Made by a program: the position numbers and the translations under genes
The notes under the pieces: generated by a model
The model's input: the letters and a program-made list of their open reading frames with translations, nothing else
Databases searched by the model: none
Told to the model about the DNA's origin: nothing
Assembly (NCBI GenBank): GCA_944371605.1
Contig: CALVXU010000015.1
Span: 9,686 to 73,685, forward strand
From: an uncultured Bacilli bacterium
GTDB taxonomy: Bacteria > Bacillota_I > Bacilli_A > RFN20 > CAG-288
Reading direction: 5' to 3'
Length of the DNA: 64,000 nt
Shown: one piece after another, positions 58,922-64,000 of the stretch
How positions within the stretch are numbered: position 1 is the first letter of the stretch
Layout of the letters: each line of letters starts with the position of its first letter

Positions 58922-59617
58922 TCAATCACCTACCTTCTTTCTCAAAGCATCATTAGCCGCATTGATTTCAGCTTCTTTGATTGTTCTTCCTTCACCAATA
59001 CCTAAAATTTGATCAGACACCTTAGCATGGACTTGAAACTTAACATCAAAGGAATTCAAGTTTTTTTGGGAGACAACCACGTAATTGATTTTAGTTCCCA
59101 ATAATTCTTGCAAAGCTCCTTTGCTATCTAAATGTTTTGCATGATCAGCTGCAGTTTTTAAAAGCGGCTTATATATTTCAAATAACACTTGACGGCATTT
59201 CTCATATCCTTGATCGAGATAAATAGCGCCTAGAAAAGCTTCAAAGACGTCTTCATCAATATGCTTATGAAATCTTATATTATCTTTTTCACCTATAGAG
59301 TATCGCACATGTTCTGCTAAGTGAAATGTCTGTTCTGAAAAATAAGTCAGTGTTTCACCATTGACAAGTGCTGAACGCATTTTTGATAATTGACCTGAGT
59401 TAGCTTGAGGATATTCCTCAAACAAAAAGTCAGCAATAACCATGTCTAGAATCGAATCACCTAAAAACTCCAAACGATCATAATTAGAAGAATTTTTATG
59501 TTCATTAGTATATGATGCATGTGTTAAAGCTTCTTGATATAATTCAATTTTTTGTGGGATAAGATGAAATTGACTTAAAATTTTAACAATTTCCTCATTG
59601 AAGGATTTATTCGACAT
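58922..59617 (-). CDS. rnc: Ribonuclease III
   Basis: YDRLEFLGDSILD (RNase III signature), plus a C-terminal dsRBD (KGALQELL...GEGRTIKEAEINAANDAL). Confidence 0.95.
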   Translation of the reverse strand: MSNKSFNEEIVKILSQFHLIPQKIELYQEALTHASYTNEHKNSSNYDRLEFLGDSILDMVIADFLFEEYPQANSGQLSKMRSALVNGETLTYFSEQTFHLAEHVRYSIGEKDNIRFHKHIDEDVFEAFLGAIYLDQGYEKCRQVLFEIYKPLLKTAADHAKHLDSKGALQELLGTKINYVVVSQKNLNSFDVKFQVHAKVSDQILGIGEGRTIKEAEINAANDALRKKVGD

Positions 59618-60593
59618 AAAAAGCCTCAGTTATTTTCTTAACAATGTTACTATCTACCATTTTCTTAGCAACTTTTATAGCGTTATAAAATGCATATGCA
59701 TTTGAATTTCCATGTGCTTTAACTACTACGCCATTAATTCCTAATAAGATAGATCCACCATACTTACGATAATCCATGGTGTCTTTAATTAGTTTAAAAC
59801 CAGATCTAGCAAACAAATAACCTATCTTGGTAAATAAGCTATGTTTAAATGCGTCCTTAATCATTTGATTCATCATACTAGCGACGCCTTCAGTCGCTTT
59901 CAAAAAAACATTGCCAGTAAAGCCGCTGGTGATAATGATGTCATGACTGCCATCTAAAACATTTCTAGCTTCGCAGTTTCCTTCAAAGCCTGGGAAACTT
60001 CTTTCTTTTAATAAATTATATGCTTGAACTATTTCTTCAGTGCCCTTACCTTCCTCAACACCATTTGATAAAAGATAAGTTTTAGGGTTTGATACCTTTA
60101 GCACCTCTTGTGAGTAAATTCTTCCAAGTTTAGCAAAAGTGTATAAATCTTCAGGAGTATTAACATTATTAGCACCGATATCAAGAATCACGCAAGCTTT
60201 ATCTTTAATACGAGTCGGGAAAGGCGCACAAATACCTGCACGGGTGACACCAGGAATGTTTCTCAATAAGAAAGTAGATCCGATGATAGCACCGCCAGTA
60301 GAACCAGCTGTGACAACACAATCCGCCTTTTGATCTTTGACTGCACTTAATGCCTTATATAATGACGAATCCTTTCGACGCAAAAAATCTAATGGTTTTA
60401 TTTCCATAGGAATAACATCAGAAGTCTCAACAATCGTAACTCTATCAAGCCCATCAAATAAGCTCTCAAGTCTAGTTTTATCTCCAAAAGCAAGAATCTT
60501 ATCTGTGCTTTCAGATAAATATTGTTTTACTGACTTGGCAAGTTCTTCACAGCCAAAGTCTGACCCCATCATATCAATAGCAATTATCGCCAT
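59607..60593 (-). CDS. plsX: Phosphate acyltransferase PlsX
   Basis: MAIIAIDMMGSDFG, VVTAGSTGG, GNCEARN, GSILLGINGVVVKAHG. Confidence 0.93.
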   Translation of the reverse strand: MAIIAIDMMGSDFGCEELAKSVKQYLSESTDKILAFGDKTRLESLFDGLDRVTIVETSDVIPMEIKPLDFLRRKDSSLYKALSAVKDQKADCVVTAGSTGGAIIGSTFLLRNIPGVTRAGICAPFPTRIKDKACVILDIGANNVNTPEDLYTFAKLGRIYSQEVLKVSNPKTYLLSNGVEEGKGTEEIVQAYNLLKERSFPGFEGNCEARNVLDGSHDIIITSGFTGNVFLKATEGVASMMNQMIKDAFKHSLFTKIGYLFARSGFKLIKDTMDYRKYGGSILLGINGVVVKAHGNSNAYAFYNAIKVAKKMVDSNIVKKITEAFYVE

Positions 60594-60673
60594 ATAAAAC
60601 CTCGTTTTTTCACTAAAATATCATACCAAATTACAGCCATAGATAAAATCAAAATAAGCAGCAATAAACACGA

Positions 60674-62650
60674 TTATACTAAGTAAGTCGTTTTTTTCTT
60701 GGCTATATCTTCTAATAATAGAGCATTTTCTTTCTCATTAGGATTTTCTATGATTTCTATCGCATCATTCTTAGCACACTTAAATATCTCAATGTCTTTG
60801 ACAAAATTACAAACTTTTAGCTCACTTTTTCCAGATTGATTTTCTCCACCATATGAGCCAGTTCCTCTTTGTTCCATATCAAATTGAGCAATTGTCAGCC
60901 CATCTAAATTATCACAAAGAAATTGTAATTTTGCTTTGCTATCCTTATCGTCGCCATCATAAATCATAAGAGCTAATGCAAACTCACCCGAACGACCTAT
61001 TCTACCTCGCAATTGATGCAATGTAGATAGTCCAAAATAATTAGCATCATATACAATGAGGAGGCAAGCCTTTGAAACATCAATACCAACTTCAATGACT
61101 GTAGTAGAGACTAATATTGGCTTCTGTCCTGATAAAAAAGTTTGATATATTTTGTCTTGTTCTTCTTTTTTTATTTTTCCATGTAATAATTGGCATTTAT
61201 CTCTACCATAACGTAATGCCATATCTTCATAGATAGCATTGACATTAGAACTATTGTTGTTTCCGGTTTCTATTTTTGGAGCAACAATAAAAATCTGACG
61301 ACCAACAGCTAAAGCTTTTTTTATTGCCTTATCAATGATTACATCAGTAGATCTTACTAATAATGTCTTAACATTTCTTATGCCTTGTGGAAAAGTTTCT
61401 AGCAAAGAGACATCAATATCTGAATTGATTATTTGAGAAAGTGTTCGCGGTATAGGAGTGGCTGACATCATCAGCAAATCAGCTCCTTGTCCTTTTTTTA
61501 GCAACTCAGCACGTTGATCAACACCAAATAATTGCTGCTCATCAATAATCACGAGTCCTAATCGAGCAAAATGAATATAACTAGATAAAGAAGCATGAGT
61601 GCTAAACAAAAGATCTATTGTTCCTTTAGATAAATCAACCATAATCTGCTTCTTATCTTTAGCAGAAGTACTTCCAGCCAAAAAAGAAATATTAATCGGA
61701 ATATTTTTAAATATTTTTTGAGCATTTTCAAAATGCTGTCGCGCAAGTTCATAAGTAGGAGCAACATATACAGTTTGTTTTTTTCTTAGAAAATTTCCAT
61801 AGCATGCTAAAAAACTAACGATTGTTTTACCAGTCCCAACATCTCCTTGTAACAATCGATACATAACACGATCTCGTTCTAAATCTAAAATAATATCTTT
61901 AATCGCTGTATTTTGATCCTTTGTCAATTTATATGGCAGTTTTGATACAAAATCATTAATTTTTTTATGATCAATCGAGGTCGCTTGGCGTTTTATATTA
62001 TTAGCCTTCTTTTTAATAAGCAATGCATTAATGCAATATTCTAATGCTTCTTTATATTTAAAAGTTTTTAACCCTTGTTTTAACACTTCACCATTCATTG
62101 GAAAATGAACATGTTTCAAAGAAGTATATTCATCCAATAAATGATATTTAGCTACATATTTATGAGGAATTAAAGATTTAAAGCCGATTGACTTAGAAAA
62201 AGGAGAGCATAGCTCTCTTTTCAAAAAATTGACAAAATAAGAATTAGAAACTCCTTTGGGAAGTGAATATACCGGCTTGATTCCCGAAATAGCAGCTATC
62301 GAATCTAAATCATAAATCGAGTTCACAACATAAACATGTCTTGCAGATGAATAATATAATACAAATAACAGGGATTCATTTTTAATAAGCTTATTTAAAT
62401 AAAATACCTGATTAATAATTAAGCACGAAACATTTTTATTAGATGTAAAAAGATTGAATCTAATTAAGCCATTACCTCTATTAATTCGTTGAATCTTTGA
62501 TGGTACACCGATATAGACTAATCGTTGACCATCAACAGGATTCAAACAAAAAGGAGTAACTTCTATTTTTTCATATTTAGATGGAAAATTGTATAGTATT
62601 TCTTCCATAGATGAAGCATGAAACGCTTCTTTAAATTCATTGATATTCAT
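60674..62650 (-). CDS. recG: ATP-dependent DNA helicase RecG
   Basis: LQGDVGTGKT, VIIDEQQLFG, MSATPIPRTL, QLRGRIGRS, and an N-terminal wedge region. Confidence 0.93.
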   Translation of the reverse strand: MNINEFKEAFHASSMEEILYNFPSKYEKIEVTPFCLNPVDGQRLVYIGVPSKIQRINRGNGLIRFNLFTSNKNVSCLIINQVFYLNKLIKNESLLFVLYYSSARHVYVVNSIYDLDSIAAISGIKPVYSLPKGVSNSYFVNFLKRELCSPFSKSIGFKSLIPHKYVAKYHLLDEYTSLKHVHFPMNGEVLKQGLKTFKYKEALEYCINALLIKKKANNIKRQATSIDHKKINDFVSKLPYKLTKDQNTAIKDIILDLERDRVMYRLLQGDVGTGKTIVSFLACYGNFLRKKQTVYVAPTYELARQHFENAQKIFKNIPINISFLAGSTSAKDKKQIMVDLSKGTIDLLFSTHASLSSYIHFARLGLVIIDEQQLFGVDQRAELLKKGQGADLLMMSATPIPRTLSQIINSDIDVSLLETFPQGIRNVKTLLVRSTDVIIDKAIKKALAVGRQIFIVAPKIETGNNNSSNVNAIYEDMALRYGRDKCQLLHGKIKKEEQDKIYQTFLSGQKPILVSTTVIEVGIDVSKACLLIVYDANYFGLSTLHQLRGRIGRSGEFALALMIYDGDDKDSKAKLQFLCDNLDGLTIAQFDMEQRGTGSYGGENQSGKSELKVCNFVKDIEIFKCAKNDAIEIIENPNEKENALLLEDIAKKKTTYLV

Positions 62651-62687
62651 AAAAATAAAAGGCTAGATATAATCTAACCCTAAAAAT

Positions 62688-64000
62688 TTACTCAACGGAA
62701 ACAAAGAAACTATAGACAGGCTGTTGTCCATCTTCAATAGATATATCACAAGAATCACTATATCTCGCTTTAACTAGGTCAGTTACCATTGTTCGCTCAT
62801 CATCAGTGATATCTTGACCACAAATAATAGTGATAATAGAAGTGTCATCATCAATCATTTTAGATAATAGATCCATCAAGGTATTAATTTTATGTTTATG
62901 GCAGCAGACTATTTTCTTACCAGTGATGCCCATGAATTTATCTTTTTCAACAGTGACTCCATCAATGGTTGTATCTTTTATTGCATAAGTTATTTCGCCA
63001 GACTTAACAGCTGAAATATTATCTAACATAGAAGACTCATTTTCAGAAACTGTGGATGTTGGATTAAAGACCATGCAAGCAACCAATCCTTCAGGAATAG
63101 TTTTTGTCGGTATAACTTTTATATTGTATTCATCTTGTAATAGCTCAGCTGCTTGATTAGCTGCCATAATAATATTGCCATTATTAGGGAATAAAAAAAC
63201 ATTTTTGGCATTGGCATGTTTTATTGCTTCAACAAAATCAGCGGTAGAAGGATTCATAGTTTGACCGCCACTAACAATAAGACAATCAGAAGATAATGAA
63301 GTAAACAGCTTCTCTATTCCGCTTCCAACAGCAACAGTTATTAAAGCATATTCTCTTTTTTCTTTTGGCGCAGCTGTTAATACCTTAATTTTATCTTCTT
63401 CTGAAGAATATGATTCACTTTGTTTGTTATTCTTTTGATCTTCTAGAAGAAGTTCTTCATGTTGCTCAGACATATTATCGATTTTAATCATCTTAAACTC
63501 ACCAAATTGTTGAGCATATGTCAAAATATTTCCTGGGCGAAGCGTATGGATATGGACCTTAACTAAGTCTCCATCAGAAACACAAACAATAGAGTTGCCA
63601 TGAGCTTCTAAAACAGCTTTAAATTTCTTTTCATTATATGATTTTTTATCTTCTGGCAAATGCTTTTGATCAGGTAATTGCATCAAAAATTGTGTGCAAT
63701 AGCCAAATTCCTCGTGTTTAAATTTAGCTTGAACAGAGCCATGCTCAGCAGAAGGCTTGCTAGGGATATATGGTTCAGTATTCTCAGTAACTGAAGGCAT
63801 GTTTTTTTCTACTATTTCATTATGTAAAGCTTTAGCAAAGCCCTCAAGAATCTTACATAAACCTGCACCACCACTATCGACAACACCAACCTCTTTTAAA
63901 ACAGGTAACAAATCTGGCGTATGAGCAAGGGATTTTTGAGCTTCATCAAAAATAATATCCAAACATTGATCGATTGGCATATCTTTTTCAACTACATCGT
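62688..64000 (-). CDS. fakA: Fatty-acid kinase subunit FakA / DAK2-domain protein YloV (N-terminus outside the window)
   Basis: The frame is open to the window end. It contains GVVDSGGAGL (DAK2 domain), the central EFGYCTQF...VKVHIHT segment and a C-terminal DegV-like half. The gene sits upstream of recG, as in Bacillus (yloV-recG). Confidence 0.88.
   Translation of the reverse strand, partial: DVVEKDMPIDQCLDIIFDEAQKSLAHTPDLLPVLKEVGVVDSGGAGLCKILEGFAKALHNEIVEKNMPSVTENTEPYIPSKPSAEHGSVQAKFKHEEFGYCTQFLMQLPDQKHLPEDKKSYNEKKFKAVLEAHGNSIVCVSDGDLVKVHIHTLRPGNILTYAQQFGEFKMIKIDNMSEQHEELLLEDQKNNKQSESYSSEEDKIKVLTAAPKEKREYALITVAVGSGIEKLFTSLSSDCLIVSGGQTMNPSTADFVEAIKHANAKNVFLFPNNGNIIMAANQAAELLQDEYNIKVIPTKTIPEGLVACMVFNPTSTVSENESSMLDNISAVKSGEITYAIKDTTIDGVTVEKDKFMGITGKKIVCCHKHKINTLMDLLSKMIDDDTSIITIICGQDITDDERTMVTDLVKARYSDSCDISIEDGQQPVYSFFVSVE

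Noticed and set aside
62651-62687. Imperfect hairpin GGTTAGAT-TAT-ATCTAGCC followed by a T-run between fakA and recG, as a terminator
   Set aside because: The stem has a mismatch and is AT-rich. The T-run is immediately followed by the recG ATG, and yloV-recG are usually co-transcribed. At best it is a weak attenuator.
1-64000. Alternative genetic code (UGA = Trp, as in Mycoplasma or Spiroplasma)
   Set aside because: Long conserved genes (rpoB, rpoC, recG, ffh) are intact under the standard code. TGA is used as a stop, for example rimM at 54949-54951, rnc at 58922-58924 and ylxM at 57096-57098. Trp is encoded by TGG.
1-64000. CRISPR arrays, rRNA genes, integrases, transposases, prophage structural genes
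   Set aside because: Reading the intergenic regions showed no regularly spaced direct repeats. No ORF has recognisable recombinase, transposase or capsid/terminase motifs. The accessory block therefore cannot be called a mobile element from this window alone.

Overview
This window is low-GC, Firmicutes/Mollicutes-like chromosomal DNA read with the standard genetic code. TGA acts as a stop: the rimM stop overlaps the trmD start in ATGA at 54948-54951. The synteny suggests a reduced genome, because plsX-rnc-ftsY are adjacent with no fab/acpP/smc genes between them.

Core blocks:
- thiI, an RluA-family pseudouridine synthase and two CAU-anticodon tRNAs (1-1470)
- an Fe-alcohol dehydrogenase (2788-3948)
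- tRNA-Gly, rpoC, rpoB, rplL, rplJ, rplA, rplK (35130-45311, minus strand)
- rplS (45587-46057)
- rpsP, a KH protein, rimM, trmD (53835-55730)
- ffh, ylxM, ftsY, rnc, plsX, recG, fakA (55769-64000, minus strand)

Accessory content:
1. A SipW-type signal peptidase operon with four TasA/camelysin-like secreted proteins, two of them fused to beta-helix domains (4374-9299).
2. A four-gene McrBC-like restriction operon (9966-14474).
3. The most interesting locus: a tightly coupled eight-gene operon (15705-26235). It encodes an SPFH/double-zinc-ribbon protein, a small helical protein, two ESCRT-III (Snf7/CHMP)-like proteins, a MIT-domain Vps4-like AAA+ ATPase, a BrxL-N/TIGR02688-like ATPase, a zinc-ribbon/TIR-like/polytopic membrane protein and a lipoprotein. 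I read it as a candidate bacterial ESCRT-III/Vps4-type membrane-remodelling system wired to immune-type components.
4. A visibly more AT-rich island (26521-34778). It holds a tandem DEDDh exonuclease, a short UDP-glucose-dehydrogenase-like protein and an 1807-aa multidomain protein (glycosyltransferase, kinase-like, methyltransferase, LOG). It lies downstream of a promoter whose spacer contains a G8 homopolymer, which suggests phase variation.
5. A lipoprotein/surface-protein cluster (46220-53742) that includes an M6-like protein lacking the HExxH motif.

I saw no rRNA genes, CRISPR arrays, integrases or transposases. All functional calls come from motif recognition by eye, not from database searches.
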